NCBI GenBank assembly: GCA_963700145.1
Contig: OY969474.1
Location: 3,776,001 to 3,840,000, forward strand
DNA from: an uncultured Acidobacteriota bacterium
Lineage (GTDB): Bacteria; Acidobacteriota; Thermoanaerobaculia; Multivoradales; UBA5704
Length of the DNA: 64,000 bases
Direction: 5' to 3'
Each line of letters begins with the position of its first letter. Position 1 is the stretch's first letter. The position numbers were made by a program, and so were the translations under genes. Positions 33,273-44,438 of the stretch are shown piece after piece. The notes beneath the pieces are model-generated. The model was not told the origin of the DNA, ran no database searches, and saw only the letters and a list, made by a program, of their open reading frames with translations.

Positions 33273-34924
33273 AGCTCGCGCCCCTCGCCGCGCAGCGCGA
33301 AGGCGCCGGCCGAGGCCGCCATCAGCAGCACGCCGTAGGCGGCGGCGAGCCCCAGCTCCTGGAGGCGCAGGCCGGAGAGGATCTCGATGGCGATCGGGCG
33401 GGTCTCGAAGGTGTAGAGGACGATCGAGGTCACGAAGTCCCCCAGCGCGGTGACGAACGCCAGGGCGGCGCCGGCGGCGACGGCCGGGCGGAGCAGCGGC
33501 AGGGTGATACGGCGCAGCCGGCGGAAGGTTCCGGCGCCGAGCGAGGCGGCGGCCTCGTCGAGCGCCGGGTCGAGCTGGCGCAAGCCCGCCAGCGCCGCGC
33601 GGCCGGTCAGCGGCAGGCCGCGCACCAGGTAGGCGAGCGGCAGGATGAGCGGCGTGCCGATGAGCAGGAACCGCCCCTGCCAGGGGGCGTTGACGCTCAT
33701 CGCCACCGCCAGCGCCACCGCGAAGACGGTGCCGGGGAGCGCCCAGGGGACGGCGAGGAGCCCTTCGAGGAGCGTCGCCAGCCGCCCGCCGCGCCGGCGG
33801 GCGACGAGCGCGGCCGCCAGCCCCAGCGCCAGCGCGGCGGCGGTGGCGGCGGTCGCCATCCACAAGGAGTTGGCGATCGGGCGCAGGCGCTCGGCCGAAG
33901 AGAAAAGGGTGCGCCAGTTGCCGAGGTCGAGGACCGGCGGGAAGGGCTCGGCGGTCCAGGTGAAGGGCGGCACGAAGGAGAGGAGGACGAGAACCGCGTG
34001 CGGCAGCAGCAGGAAGGCCGCCGCCAGGACCGCCAAGCCGCCGACCGCCCAGCGCGCCGGGCCGGCGAGCCGGCGCCGCCGGGGCGGCACCCCGCGGGTG
34101 CCAGCGACGCGCTCGGCGCGGCGGTCCGCGCGGCGCATGGCGGCCAGGCCGAGCAACGCCAGCGCCGCCAGCGTCACCGTCTCGACCTGCGCCAGCGCGT
34201 CGTCGCCGTTGAGCTTCGAGGCCACGATCTGCGTCGTCATCACCCGGAACGAGCCGCCGAAGAGGTAGGGCGCCGAGAAGGAGGCCAGCGCGGTCATGAA
34301 GGTGAGGAGCGCCGCGGTCGAGAGCGCCGGCCGCAGCAGCGGCAGGGTGACACGCCGGAGCGTGCGCAGCCGCCCGGCGCCGAGCGAGGCGGCAGCCTCG
34401 AGGAGCGACCCGTCCATGCGCGCCAGCGCGGCGCGGGTGAAGAGGTAGAAGAAGACGTAGAACGAGTAGGTGTGGACCAGCAGGATCGCCCCCGGCCCGG
34501 CGAGCCGCCAGGGGGGCGCCGCCAGGCCGAGCGCGGCCTGCACGGCGCGGGTCGCGAAGCCGCTCTCGCCGAAGAGGAAGAGGAAGGCGATCACCCCGAC
34601 GAGCGGCGGCAGGGCAACCGGCAGCGCCGCCGCGGCGCCGAGGAAGCGGCGGCCGGGGAAGTCGGCGCGCTCGAAGGCGAAGCCGAGCGGCACGCCGACG
34701 GCGGCGGCGAGGACGACCGAAGCGGCCGAGGTCCAGAGACTGCGCCAGAGGGCCAGCCACTCGTCGGGCCGGGCGGCGAAGGCGCGCAGGTGGGCCAGCG
34801 TCCAGCCGCCGGGGCCGCCGAGCGCCTCGCCGAAGGTGACGAGGAGCGGCCAGCCGACCAGCCAGGCGAGCAGGACGGCGAGGGCGGCGGCCGCGAGGGT
34901 CAGCGCGCGGCGGCGGCCGGTCAT
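33269..34924 (-). CDS. ABC transporter permease (FbpB/ThiP-like, duplicated domain)
   Basis: Two EAA motifs (LLEAAASLGA, LDEAAASLGA); ALPPLVG. Confidence 0.92.
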   Translation of the reverse strand: MTGRRRALTLAAAALAVLLAWLVGWPLLVTFGEALGGPGGWTLAHLRAFAARPDEWLALWRSLWTSAASVVLAAAVGVPLGFAFERADFPGRRFLGAAAALPVALPPLVGVIAFLFLFGESGFATRAVQAALGLAAPPWRLAGPGAILLVHTYSFYVFFYLFTRAALARMDGSLLEAAASLGAGRLRTLRRVTLPLLRPALSTAALLTFMTALASFSAPYLFGGSFRVMTTQIVASKLNGDDALAQVETVTLAALALLGLAAMRRADRRAERVAGTRGVPPRRRRLAGPARWAVGGLAVLAAAFLLLPHAVLVLLSFVPPFTWTAEPFPPVLDLGNWRTLFSSAERLRPIANSLWMATAATAAALALGLAAALVARRRGGRLATLLEGLLAVPWALPGTVFAVALAVAMSVNAPWQGRFLLIGTPLILPLAYLVRGLPLTGRAALAGLRQLDPALDEAAASLGAGTFRRLRRITLPLLRPAVAAGAALAFVTALGDFVTSIVLYTFETRPIAIEILSGLRLQELGLAAAYGVLLMAASAGAFALRGEGREL

Positions 34925-36003
34925 GCTCCCTCGCGGCGAAAGATCCTGGGCAAGGCGGCGCCGGCGCGCGGGCCGACGTGCACCGTCTCTCCCGCCGCCG
35001 CCGCGTGCGGGCCGGAGAGCACCTCCAGCTCCGCGCCGTTCGCGAGCGCCACGGTGTAGTAGGTCCCCTGCCCGGCGTAGCGCCGCTCGACGACGCGGCC
35101 GGGAAGGGCCTCGAAGCCGCCGCGCGGGCGGAGCTCCAGCGCCTCCGGCCTCACCAGCAGCTCGACCGCATCGCCGGGCGCCAGGCCCTCCGCCGTCTCC
35201 TCCCCTGCCCAGACAACTTCGCTGTCGCCGGCCGCAATCCGCACCCGCCCCGCGCCGCCGTCCCGGCCCGCGAACGTCCCCGCCAGCGCACTCGCCCGCC
35301 CGACGAAGCCGGCGACGAAGCGCGTCTCCGGCCGCTCGTACAGCTCCTCCGGCGTCCCCACCTGGTGGAGCCGCCCGCCGCCGAGCACCGCCACCCGGTC
35401 GCCGAGGTGGAACGCCTCCTCCTGCTCGTGGGTCACCAGCACGGTCGTGATCCCCACCCGGGCCAGCGTCCGCCGCAGCTCGCGGCGGGTGCGCTCGCGC
35501 AGCGACGGGTCGAGGTTCGAGAGCGGCTCGTCGAGGAGCAGGAGGCGCGGCTCGGGGGCGAGGGCGCGGGCCAGCGCCACGCGCTGCTGCTGCCCGCCCG
35601 AGATCTCGCCGACGCGGCGGTCCTCGAAGCCGGGGAGGTCGACGCTCCCGAGCGCCGCCGCCACCCGCGCCGCCGCCTCGGCGCGCGGCAGGCGCAGGCC
35701 GAAGGCCACGTTCTCGCCCACCGACAGGTGCGGGAAGAGGGCGTAGTGCTGGAAGACCATGCCGACGTTGCGGCGCGCCGGCGGCAGCGGGTCGAGCCGC
35801 TCGCCGTCCACCAGGATGCGCCCGGCGTCGGGCGTCTCGAAGCCGGCGAGGAGGCGGAGGAGGGTGGTCTTGCCGCTGCCGGAGGGGCCGAGGAGGGCCA
35901 GCACCTCGCCGCGCCCGACGGCGAGGGCGACGCCGTCGAGCACCTTGTGGCCGCCGAAGCGCTTGCTCAGCCCGTCGAGGACGAGGAACGGCGGCGGCGT
36001 CAT
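34921..36003 (-). CDS. ABC transporter ATP-binding protein (FbpC/PotA-like)
   Basis: [31 protein letters not shown]-like tail. Start ATG 36003. Confidence 0.93.
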   Translation of the reverse strand: MTPPPFLVLDGLSKRFGGHKVLDGVALAVGRGEVLALLGPSGSGKTTLLRLLAGFETPDAGRILVDGERLDPLPPARRNVGMVFQHYALFPHLSVGENVAFGLRLPRAEAAARVAAALGSVDLPGFEDRRVGEISGGQQQRVALARALAPEPRLLLLDEPLSNLDPSLRERTRRELRRTLARVGITTVLVTHEQEEAFHLGDRVAVLGGGRLHQVGTPEELYERPETRFVAGFVGRASALAGTFAGRDGGAGRVRIAAGDSEVVWAGEETAEGLAPGDAVELLVRPEALELRPRGGFEALPGRVVERRYAGQGTYYTVALANGAELEVLSGPHAAAAGETVHVGPRAGAALPRIFRREGA

Positions 36004-37016
36004 CCCCGGCCGCGCACCGTGCGGTCCCAGGTCGCCATCCACTCCTGGGAGCGCGCTTCGATGAGCTTCCAGTCGACCGGCGCCGGCACGAGCTGCGCCG
36101 AAACCTCGCGCGCCCAGGCCGGCAGCCGCTCGGGCGGGATGTCGGTGCGCGCCGGCAGGCGGAAGGCCTCGCGCGCGGCGAGGAGCTGCGCCTCCTCGCT
36201 CCCCACCCACTCGACGAAGGCGCGCGCCGGCTCGGGGTGGCGGGCGCCGCGCACCAGGCCGAGCGAGTCGTCGATCACCGGCGTGCCGCTCGCGGGGAAG
36301 GTGAAGGCGAGCGGCGAGCCGCGCTTCTGCTGCCAGAGCATGTCGGTCAGCTCCCAGACCGTGATCAGCCCCTCGCGGCGGTTGAGCTTCTCGAGCAGCA
36401 GCGCGGGGTTGAGGACGTACTCCTTGGTCTGCGCGTCGAGGCGGCGGAGGAACTGCCAGCCGGTCTCCTCGCTGCCGGTCTCCTGCACCGAGAGCGCGAG
36501 CACCATGCCGAAGAGGATGCGCATGGTGCCGCTCGCCAGCGGGTCGCGGATCAGCATCTTCTTGCGCCAGCGCGGGTCGAGGAGGTCCCCCCAGTCGCGC
36601 GGCGCCTCGGCCGGCGGCACCACCGCGGCGTTGTAGACCAGGACCGGGGCGGTGCGGTAGGAGGCGAGGTAGCGGTCCTGCGGATCGCGGCTTCCCGCAG
36701 GCACGGCCTCGGCCCAGCTCGGCCGGAACGGCGCCAGCAGCCCCTCGCGGGCGCCGCGCGCGAAGATCGTCTGCGGGCCGCCGAACCAGACGTCGGCCTG
36801 CGGGTTGGCGGCCTCGGAGCGCAGGCGGTCGTAGACCTCCTGCGAGCCCATGTCGAGCCAGCGCACGTCCACCTCCGGATGGCGCTCCTCAAAGCTGCGC
36901 TCCATGAGCTGCAGGAGGTCGCGGCCGTGCGGCGAGTAGACGACCAGCGGGGTCTTGCCGTCGCCGCAGCCGAAGAGGGCGGCGGCGAGGACGGCCGCGG
37001 CGAGAGACGGGCGCAT
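36000..37016 (-). CDS. ABC transporter substrate-binding lipoprotein (Fe3+/thiamine class)
   Basis: Lipobox LFGC; [34 protein letters not shown]. Confidence 0.9.
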   Translation of the reverse strand: MRPSLAAAVLAAALFGCGDGKTPLVVYSPHGRDLLQLMERSFEERHPEVDVRWLDMGSQEVYDRLRSEAANPQADVWFGGPQTIFARGAREGLLAPFRPSWAEAVPAGSRDPQDRYLASYRTAPVLVYNAAVVPPAEAPRDWGDLLDPRWRKKMLIRDPLASGTMRILFGMVLALSVQETGSEETGWQFLRRLDAQTKEYVLNPALLLEKLNRREGLITVWELTDMLWQQKRGSPLAFTFPASGTPVIDDSLGLVRGARHPEPARAFVEWVGSEEAQLLAAREAFRLPARTDIPPERLPAWAREVSAQLVPAPVDWKLIEARSQEWMATWDRTVRGRG

Positions 37017-37030
37017 GGCGAGCGGGCAGT

Positions 37031-38470
37031 TTACCGTGGCGGCAGCATCGTCCCGGGGCGGCGGCGGTAGATCGTCAGCTCCCCCGGCCCGTCGCGGTCG
37101 CGGAAGCGCACCGCCTCCTCGAAGGCGGCAGGGAACCAGGGCTGCCGCACGAGCGGGCGCATCCGGCCGCGGGTGTGGAAGACGACGACGTCGGCCGGCG
37201 CGGCGAGGAAGGCGCCGGCGATGTCGCGGCTCGCCACGTAGGGGCGCGCCGCGCGCGTCACCAGGCCCATCAGGTCGACGATCCGGCGCTCGCTCTCCCA
37301 GCCGAGGACGCCGATCTCGACGTAGGCGACGGAGGTCTCCGGCGGCGTCCGCTCGCGCAGCCAGGCGCCGGCGCGGCGGTAGGTGTCGAGGTGGCCGTAG
37401 CCGTTGAAGCCGCGCGCCCAGGTCCAGGCGGAGCGGACGACGGGCCAGGCGAGGAGGACGGCGAGGAGCGCCGCCGCCGCGAAGCCGGCGGCGGGTCGCC
37501 AAGCGCCGAGCCGCCGCGCGACGGCGAACGGCACCGCCGCGAGGCCGTAGAGGAGCGCCGCCGCGAGCGGCACCAGGTACCAGGAGAAGAACGGCACGCC
37601 GAGCAGCGTGTAGGCGAGCGCCACGGCGCCGGCGTAGAGCACGAGGAGGCGCCCGGCGCGGCCGCTCTCGCGCCAGAAGGGGACGAGGCCGGCGGCGCCG
37701 AGCGCCAGGAGCCACCCCCACCAGGCTCCGAAGTGACGCGGCGCCAGGCGCGCGGCGCGTTGCCAGAAGAAGCGCGCCGCCTCGACGCCGCCGCCGGTCG
37801 CGGCGAAGGCGTCGGCGCGCTTGGCCGCCGCGGTCTCCGGCAGCGGCGTCCCGAACCAGGCCCAGGCGGCGAGCAGGCCGGCGGCGACGACGGCGCCCGC
37901 GGCGACGGCGTAGCGGCGCGGGAAGCGCCGCTCCTCCCACCAGACGAGGAGACCGAGGAGCGCGGCGCCGGCGAGGGCGTCGGGGCGGCACCAGGCGGCG
38001 GCGCCGGCGAGGAGCCCGGCCAGTGCCGGCCGGTCGCGGGAGGCGAGCGCGGCGCCGGCGAGGAGCGCCAGGACGAGCGTGGCCGCCGAGCCGTGGTTGG
38101 TCCAGACGTAGGACGAGGCGAGGAGCAGGGTGCCGCCGAGCGCGGCCGGCGCGCGCGCCCGCGCGTCGAGGAGGAGCAACACAGCGAGCGCCACGAGCGC
38201 GGCGGCGTAGACCACGCTGCCGAGCCGCGGCAGGTCGGCGCCCGTCGCCGCGTGGACCGCCGCCAGCAGCAGGCCGAGCCCCGGCTCGGAGAGGCCGAAG
38301 ACGCGCTCGCCCGGATTGAACACCAGCCCTTCGCCGCGCGCCACATTCCGTGCGTAGCAGTAGGTGATGTAGAGGTCGTCCTGGGCGCGGCCGTCGAGGT
38401 GGAGGACGAAGAGCGCGGCGAGGAGGCCCCAGAGAGCGAGCAGCGCGGCGGCGGCGATCCTCCTCGTCAC
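37031..38470 (-). CDS. GT-C membrane glycosyltransferase (AftB-like)
   Basis: [49 protein letters not shown]. Confidence 0.8.
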   Translation of the reverse strand: MTRRIAAAALLALWGLLAALFVLHLDGRAQDDLYITYCYARNVARGEGLVFNPGERVFGLSEPGLGLLLAAVHAATGADLPRLGSVVYAAALVALAVLLLLDARARAPAALGGTLLLASSYVWTNHGSAATLVLALLAGAALASRDRPALAGLLAGAAAWCRPDALAGAALLGLLVWWEERRFPRRYAVAAGAVVAAGLLAAWAWFGTPLPETAAAKRADAFAATGGGVEAARFFWQRAARLAPRHFGAWWGWLLALGAAGLVPFWRESGRAGRLLVLYAGAVALAYTLLGVPFFSWYLVPLAAALLYGLAAVPFAVARRLGAWRPAAGFAAAALLAVLLAWPVVRSAWTWARGFNGYGHLDTYRRAGAWLRERTPPETSVAYVEIGVLGWESERRIVDLMGLVTRAARPYVASRDIAGAFLAAPADVVVFHTRGRMRPLVRQPWFPAAFEEAVRFRDRDGPGELTIYRRRPGTMLPPR

Positions 38471-40101
38471 GGCGCGCCGGCCCCGCTCGCCGGCCGGTCC
38501 CACTCCCGCCGCCGCTCGAGCTTCCGGCAGGAGTCCGCGGCGGCGCCGCGCCGGCGGCGGTAGACGACGGTCTGGTAGCCGTCGTCGTACAGCTCGGGCG
38601 CGGGGCGGCCGAAGCGGAGCCAGCCCTCTTCGGGCGGCCGCGCGCCGCGCACCTTGATCAAGAGGAAGGGCGCGTAGCAGGCGCGCAGCCGCACCGGCGT
38701 GCGCCCCAGCCCGGCGGTGCGCGGCACGCCGTCGCGCCGCACGCCGCTCAACAGCAGGTCGGGGCGGCGGTCGAGCACGTAGTGCGGGTCGTACTTCTCG
38801 TGCGCCACGGTGCGGAAGCCGCTGGTCAGCGGCGGCAGGTGGGCGATGTGCTCGTCGGCCAGGCCGTACATGTCCACCGTCGGCCGTCGCGAGTAGTAGG
38901 GGACGATGCCGGCGCCCCCGGTCGCCACCAGGGCGCCGGGGGGCGTCTTCTCGCGGATCCAGTGGGCGAGGCGGGTCCAGGACTCCATCTCCAGGGCCAG
39001 CCCCTCGAGGCGCGACAGCCGCTCCGGCCAGGAGAGCCAGAGGGCGGCGGCGACGAGCGCCGCGGCGGCCGCGGCGCGCACCGCCGCCGCGGGGCGCGGC
39101 GCCAGCGCGGCGGTCACACGCCCCAGGCCTTGCGCCGCGAGGATGAGCAGGAAGGGAAGCGCCGGCAGCAGGAAGCGCGGCCCGAAGAAGGGCAGGAAAT
39201 CGCCGCCCACCCAGAGGAAGTAGGCCACCGTCGCCGCGATCCAGCCCCAGCCGAGGAGCGCGAAGCAGTCGCGGCGGAGCGCCGGCAGGGTGACGAGCGC
39301 CAGCAGAAGCAGCGGCCAGGCGTTCCACTGCCCCATGAGGACGAGGAGCTGCTCGGCGCCGCGCCCGATCCGGCTCCAGGTGAAGCCGGTGGCCTTGACG
39401 TAGAACGTGTTGGGCAGGAGCCACCCGTAGTAGGCCCAGCGCCAGAGGAAGTAAGGAAGGTAGAGCGCGGTGAAGGCGGCGCCGAGGCGCAGCGCGCCGC
39501 GCCGCCGCTCCCTGACGTCGCCCGGCCCCCGGAGCAGCGCCCAGGCCGCGGTCAGCAGCCAGTAGACCCCGCCCTCCGGCCGTGTCATCGCGGCGAGCGC
39601 GAAGGCGACACCGGAGGCGATGGGCCGCCGCGCCACGAGCAGCCGCTCGAGGGCGAGGAGGAGGAGCGCCGCGAAGAGGAGGGTCTCCATCCCCGAGACG
39701 ACGAAGCGCGGCTGCGAGCCGAGGGCGGCCCAGAGGAGCGGCGGCAGTGCGGCGAGGAGCGGGCTCTCTGGCAGCACCGTGCGCGCCAGCCGCGCCAGCA
39801 GCACGATCGCCGCGATCCCCGCCGCCCCCGCGAGTGCCACCGAGAGCAGCGGCAGGTCGAGCCCCAGCGCGGCGCCGCCGGCGAGGAGCAGGGTCCAGAG
39901 GAAGTTGGTGTAGCCCTCGACCTTCTCTCCTACATTGAAGACGAGGCCGTGCCCCTCCGCCAGGTTGGCGGCGTAGCGGAAGGAGATGAAGGCGTCGTCG
40001 ACGAGGAGGTAAGGGTCCCAGAGGTGGGCGGCGCGCGCCAGCAGCAGCGCCGCCGCGGCCGCCGCGGCGAGAAGCGCGGCGCTAGCGCCCTGCGCCCGCA
40101 C
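38467..40101 (-). CDS. GT-C membrane glycosyltransferase (AftB-like)
   Basis: [61 protein letters not shown]. Confidence 0.85.
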   Translation of the reverse strand: MRAQGASAALLAAAAAAALLLARAAHLWDPYLLVDDAFISFRYAANLAEGHGLVFNVGEKVEGYTNFLWTLLLAGGAALGLDLPLLSVALAGAAGIAAIVLLARLARTVLPESPLLAALPPLLWAALGSQPRFVVSGMETLLFAALLLLALERLLVARRPIASGVAFALAAMTRPEGGVYWLLTAAWALLRGPGDVRERRRGALRLGAAFTALYLPYFLWRWAYYGWLLPNTFYVKATGFTWSRIGRGAEQLLVLMGQWNAWPLLLLALVTLPALRRDCFALLGWGWIAATVAYFLWVGGDFLPFFGPRFLLPALPFLLILAAQGLGRVTAALAPRPAAAVRAAAAAALVAAALWLSWPERLSRLEGLALEMESWTRLAHWIREKTPPGALVATGGAGIVPYYSRRPTVDMYGLADEHIAHLPPLTSGFRTVAHEKYDPHYVLDRRPDLLLSGVRRDGVPRTAGLGRTPVRLRACYAPFLLIKVRGARPPEEGWLRFGRPAPELYDDGYQTVVYRRRRGAAADSCRKLERRREWDRPASGAGAP

Positions 40102-42739
40102 GGTCGGCCAGCGCCAGCAGGTTCGCCAGCAGCCGGTAGGCGCCGGGGACGCCGGCGGGGATCTGCCGGAAGAAGGCGAGGCCCGTGTAGACGTAGGTGC
40201 CCTCGCCGAGCGGCGCCACCAGCAGGCCGCCGCGCAGCTCCGGCCCGCCGGGGTCGGCCATGGCGAGGAGCGGCGTGTAGGCTGGGTCCCAGGTGTTGGC
40301 GAAGTAGAGGCCGCGCTCCTGCACCCACCCCTCCCAGTCCGCCGGCCCCAGCCGGTTGGGCGTGGTGAAGACCGGATGGTCGGGGACGAGCGGCACGACC
40401 GGCGCGTTCTCGTCGGTGACGCGGTCGTGCGGCCGGGCGATCTCCAGCGGGTAGGGCGTGAGCTTCCCCTCGACGAACGCATACTGCTGGTACTGGACGA
40501 CGAGCAACCCGCCCCGTCGTACGTAGTCGAGCAGGCGGGCGTTGGCCCGCGCCAGCGCCGGCTCGGTCTCGTAGGCGCGGCTGCCGACGACGATCGCGTC
40601 GTAGCCCGCGAGGTCGCCGGCGGCCAGCTCCTCGGCCGCGAGCAGCTCGATCGGCAGCCCGACGGCGCGCAGGAACTCCGGCACGCGGTCGGAGGCGCCG
40701 CGCACGTAACCGACACGCTGCAGGCGCGGCAGCGCCAGCTCGGTGGCGCTGATCTCGACCCGCGCCGGCCGCAGCGTCGGCGTCGGCGGCACGTGCTCGT
40801 GCTCGACGAGCGGCAGCGCGGCGGCGAAGCGGCGGCCGTCGGCGAGCACGGCCTCGACCGCGTAGGCGGAGCGCCCGGGCGCCAGCTCCCGCGGCGGCGT
40901 GAGCTGCAGCGCGACCGTCTGCCGCTCGCCGGGCGCCAGGGTGAAGGGGCGCGGCGGCACCGGCGGCCAGCCCGGCGCGGGCGGGCGCGGCACCGGGTCG
41001 GGCCGGGCACTGACCTCGCCCTGAAGCGGGACCGCGGCGCGCGAGACGAGCGTCACCTCGACGATGCGCGGCGCGCGTTGGTCGATCGGCCAGAGGATGA
41101 GCGCGGGCTCGACCGTCACCTCGACCGCCGGCACCACCCGCAGCGGCCGGCGGATCTCGCCGCGCGCCTGGTCGCCGACGCGGTAGACCACCTCGCGCTC
41201 GAGCGTCACCGGCTGGCCGGCGATCTCGAAGTCGAAGCGGGCGACGAGCGGCGGCGGCTCGAACGGCTCGCCGCGCACCTCCGCCGGCGCGCCGCTCCAG
41301 TCGTAGAGCGCGTCGCGCAGCGGCGCGCGCAGGAAGTAGGGGAGGGTGGGCTCGGCGCCGGCGGGGACCGGCAGCGCGAGGTCGAAAGTGGCCAGCTCGC
41401 CGGCCGCGACCGCCTTGACGCCGCCGACGACCGGCCACTCCGCCGCCGGCACCAGCGCGACGTTGACCGCGGCGAGCGGCTCGGCGCCGCTGTTCCAGAG
41501 TGCCAGCTGCACCTTCAGCTCTTCGCCGGCGGTGACCGTCTCGCGCGCCGCCGCGGCCTCGACGGCGATCCCCGCCGCTGCGGCCAGCCCGGACTCGGCG
41601 ATCGCCGCCTTCTCGGCGACGAGCTCCGCCGCCTGCCGCTCGGCGTCGCCGGCGCCCGGACCCTCCAGCTCGGCCTGCGCCGCCCGCAGGTGCCCGAGCG
41701 CCGCGGCGAGCCCCGGCACCGCCGCCGCCAGCCGCGCCGGGTTGAGCTCGGCGCGAGTACGCGCCGCCGCCTCCTCGGCGGCCGCGAGGTGCGCCGCCAC
41801 GCGCTCCCGCCGCGCCGCGTTCGCGATCCCCGCCGCGATGCCCTGCAGACGCGTGTCGACGCCGGCGAAGAGGTCCTTGGCCGCGGCGCCCTCCCCGCCC
41901 TCGACCCACGCGACGCGCGCCTGCCGCGGCCCGAGGTCGAGCAGCCGCCCCATGTCCTGCGAGCGGTGCTCGCTGCGGCTCGCCATAGCGAGCTGGAAGA
42001 TCGAGCGGCCGGTGAGCCAGTCGATGACGCCGGTCTCGAGGGTCAGCGTCGTCGCCTCGCGGTCGAAGCCGGTCGAGCGGTAGAGCGCCCGCGGCCGCCA
42101 GGGCGGCAGCCCTTCGGCCAGGAGCTGCGGCACGGCCGCCGGATCGCCGGCGGCGCGATAGCCCTCGTGCGCCATCACCCCGGCCGCCTGGTGCTGACCG
42201 TGGTTGGGGTGCGGCGTGCCGCGGAAGACCGACACCACGACCTGCGGCTTGAAGCGGCGGACGACGCGCACCACGTCCTCGAGCAGCACCTCGCGCGGCC
42301 AGCGCGCGAGCGTCTCCTCGAGCGACCGGGTGTAGCCGAAGTCGTAGGCGCGGGTGAAGAACTGCCGGCCGCCGTCGATCGTGCGCGCCGCGAGGAGCTC
42401 CCGGCTGCGCAGGATGCCGAGCTCGACGCCCAGTTCCGAACCGATCAGGTTCTGCCCCCCCTCGCCGCGCGACAGCGACAGGTATGCCGCCTCGCCGCCC
42501 CGGCCGCGCGCCACGAGCGTCAGGAGCTGTGTGTCCTCGTCGTCGGGGTGCGCGCCGACGACCAGCAGCCGTTGGTGCGTGACGAGCCGCGCCAGTGCCC
42601 GCTCGACGGCCGGGAAGCCGCCGGTCCCCGGCGGCTCGAGCGCCGGCGGCGCCGCGCCGGCCCCGGCGCGCGGCGGCGCGGCGAAGGCGGCGCTGAGGAA
42701 GAGAAGAAGGGCGGCGAGCGCCCGCACGGTTCGCGGCAT
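40082..42739 (-). CDS. PIG-L/LmbE family deacetylase, secreted, multidomain
   Basis: [26 protein letters not shown]; C-terminal [10 protein letters not shown]; signal peptide. Confidence 0.92.
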   Translation of the reverse strand: MPRTVRALAALLLFLSAAFAAPPRAGAGAAPPALEPPGTGGFPAVERALARLVTHQRLLVVGAHPDDEDTQLLTLVARGRGGEAAYLSLSRGEGGQNLIGSELGVELGILRSRELLAARTIDGGRQFFTRAYDFGYTRSLEETLARWPREVLLEDVVRVVRRFKPQVVVSVFRGTPHPNHGQHQAAGVMAHEGYRAAGDPAAVPQLLAEGLPPWRPRALYRSTGFDREATTLTLETGVIDWLTGRSIFQLAMASRSEHRSQDMGRLLDLGPRQARVAWVEGGEGAAAKDLFAGVDTRLQGIAAGIANAARRERVAAHLAAAEEAAARTRAELNPARLAAAVPGLAAALGHLRAAQAELEGPGAGDAERQAAELVAEKAAIAESGLAAAAGIAVEAAAARETVTAGEELKVQLALWNSGAEPLAAVNVALVPAAEWPVVGGVKAVAAGELATFDLALPVPAGAEPTLPYFLRAPLRDALYDWSGAPAEVRGEPFEPPPLVARFDFEIAGQPVTLEREVVYRVGDQARGEIRRPLRVVPAVEVTVEPALILWPIDQRAPRIVEVTLVSRAAVPLQGEVSARPDPVPRPPAPGWPPVPPRPFTLAPGERQTVALQLTPPRELAPGRSAYAVEAVLADGRRFAAALPLVEHEHVPPTPTLRPARVEISATELALPRLQRVGYVRGASDRVPEFLRAVGLPIELLAAEELAAGDLAGYDAIVVGSRAYETEPALARANARLLDYVRRGGLLVVQYQQYAFVEGKLTPYPLEIARPHDRVTDENAPVVPLVPDHPVFTTPNRLGPADWEGWVQERGLYFANTWDPAYTPLLAMADPGGPELRGGLLVAPLGEGTYVYTGLAFFRQIPAGVPGAYRLLANLLALADRAGAGR

Positions 42740-42862
42740 GAGGTCTCCGGGGTGGCGCGGCGCGGCAGTCTAGCAGCGCACTCCTCAACGCATTGACGGC
42801 CGGCGGCGTAGACCTTGCAGCAAGAACACGCCACACCTCGTGGCACCCACAGGAGAAAATCG

Positions 42863-44371
42863 ATGCACCGGAGTCCCCTTCTCTTCCCCCGGCAGCCGCA
42901 CGCCCTCGTCCTGGCCGGCGCGCTGCTCCTCGCCGCGCTGCCCGCGCAGGCGGCCCTCTTCACCCCGACGCAGACCGCCGACGACGACGGCGCCTGCGAC
43001 GCCTCCTGCTCGCTGCGCGAGGCGATCCTCGCCGCCAACGACAACCCCGGGGCCGACGTGATCCTGCTCGGCCCGGGTGTCTACAGCCTCTCGCTCGCCG
43101 GCGCCGGCGAGGACGGCGGCGAGACCGGCGACCTCGACGTCACCGGCGACTTGACGCTCGTCGGCGACAGTGCCGCGAGCACCGTCATCGACGGCACCGG
43201 CAGCGGCGACCGCCTGATCGACGTCCACGGCGCCCGCCTCGAGCTGACCGGCGTCACCCTGCGCGACGGCGGCGGCGCCGGCAACGGCGGCCTGCTCCAC
43301 AACCTGGGCGGCGAGCTGATCGTCTCGCGCAGCATCCTGACCGCCGGACGGGTACTGGGCGCCGGCTCCTTCGGCGGCGCGATCTACAGCGACGGCGCCC
43401 TCTCCGTGGCCGAGAGCACGCTGCGCGGCAACACGACCGGCGGCAGCGGCGGCGCCGTCGCCGTCAAGGAAGAGCTCGCTCTCGTCAACTCGACGCTCTC
43501 CGACAACCAGGCGGGCGCCTTCGGCGGCGGCCTCTACGTCTTCGCCGACGTCGCCGGCGACGTGTCGAACACGACGATCGCGGCGAACGCGGCCGGCCAG
43601 GGCGCCGGCGGCGTCTTCGTCGAGAGCGCCGCGTTCCTCGGCGGCAGCCCCAAGTTCCACAACACGATCGTCGCCGGCAACACCGCCCTCGCCGACCCCG
43701 ACTGCAGCGGCTCGGCGGACTCGCTCGGCTTCAACCTCGTGGGGGTCGGCGGCGGGTGCTTCGACTTCACCGCCGCGCACCAGGACCTCGTCGGCACGGC
43801 GGCCGCGCCGCTCAACCCGCAGATCGGCGCGCTCGGCGCCAACGGCGGCCCCACCCCGACCCACCTGCCGGCGGCGGCCAGCCCGGCGGTCAACGCCGGC
43901 AACCCGGCGGCGCCGGGCAGCGGCGGCGCGGCCTGCCAGCCGATCGACCAGCGCGGCGCCGACCGGCCCGGCACCCCCGGCACCCGCTGCGACGTCGGCG
44001 CCGTCGAGCGCACCACGGCCTGCGTCCCCGGCGGCGCCAACCTCTGCCTGGAGCAGGGCCGCTTCCAGGTCACCGCGAAGTGGACGATCCAGTCGGGCCA
44101 GACCGGCGCCGCGCAGGCCGTGCAGCTCACCGACGACGCCGGCTACTTCTGGTTCTTCTCGCGGGAGAACATCGAGGTGACGGCGAAGGTGGTCAATGCC
44201 TGCGTCCCGGCCTTCAACCGCTTCTGGGTCTTCCTCGCGGGCATGACCAACGTCAAGGTCGACATCACCGTCACCGACACCAAGACCGGCCAGGTGAAGA
44301 CCTACACCAACCCCCAGGGCCGCACCTTCCGCACCATCCTCGACACCCAGGCCTTCAACACCTGCCCCTAG
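42863..44371 (+). CDS. CSLREA / choice-of-anchor Q beta-helix surface protein with the conserved C-terminal domain
   Basis: CSLREAI, GDLDV, GGAIY repeats, NGGPTPTH...DQRG...CDVGAVE; C-terminal domain ending AFNTCP; AGGAG RBS. Confidence 0.9.
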   Translation: MHRSPLLFPRQPHALVLAGALLLAALPAQAALFTPTQTADDDGACDASCSLREAILAANDNPGADVILLGPGVYSLSLAGAGEDGGETGDLDVTGDLTLVGDSAASTVIDGTGSGDRLIDVHGARLELTGVTLRDGGGAGNGGLLHNLGGELIVSRSILTAGRVLGAGSFGGAIYSDGALSVAESTLRGNTTGGSGGAVAVKEELALVNSTLSDNQAGAFGGGLYVFADVAGDVSNTTIAANAAGQGAGGVFVESAAFLGGSPKFHNTIVAGNTALADPDCSGSADSLGFNLVGVGGGCFDFTAAHQDLVGTAAAPLNPQIGALGANGGPTPTHLPAAASPAVNAGNPAAPGSGGAACQPIDQRGADRPGTPGTRCDVGAVERTTACVPGGANLCLEQGRFQVTAKWTIQSGQTGAAQAVQLTDDAGYFWFFSRENIEVTAKVVNACVPAFNRFWVFLAGMTNVKVDITVTDTKTGQVKTYTNPQGRTFRTILDTQAFNTCP

Positions 44372-44438
44372 GTATTCGCCCCGGGCCGCCGGCGCCTCAG
44401 CCGGCGGCCCGCGGCGGCCGATCCGTTATCCTCCCCCC

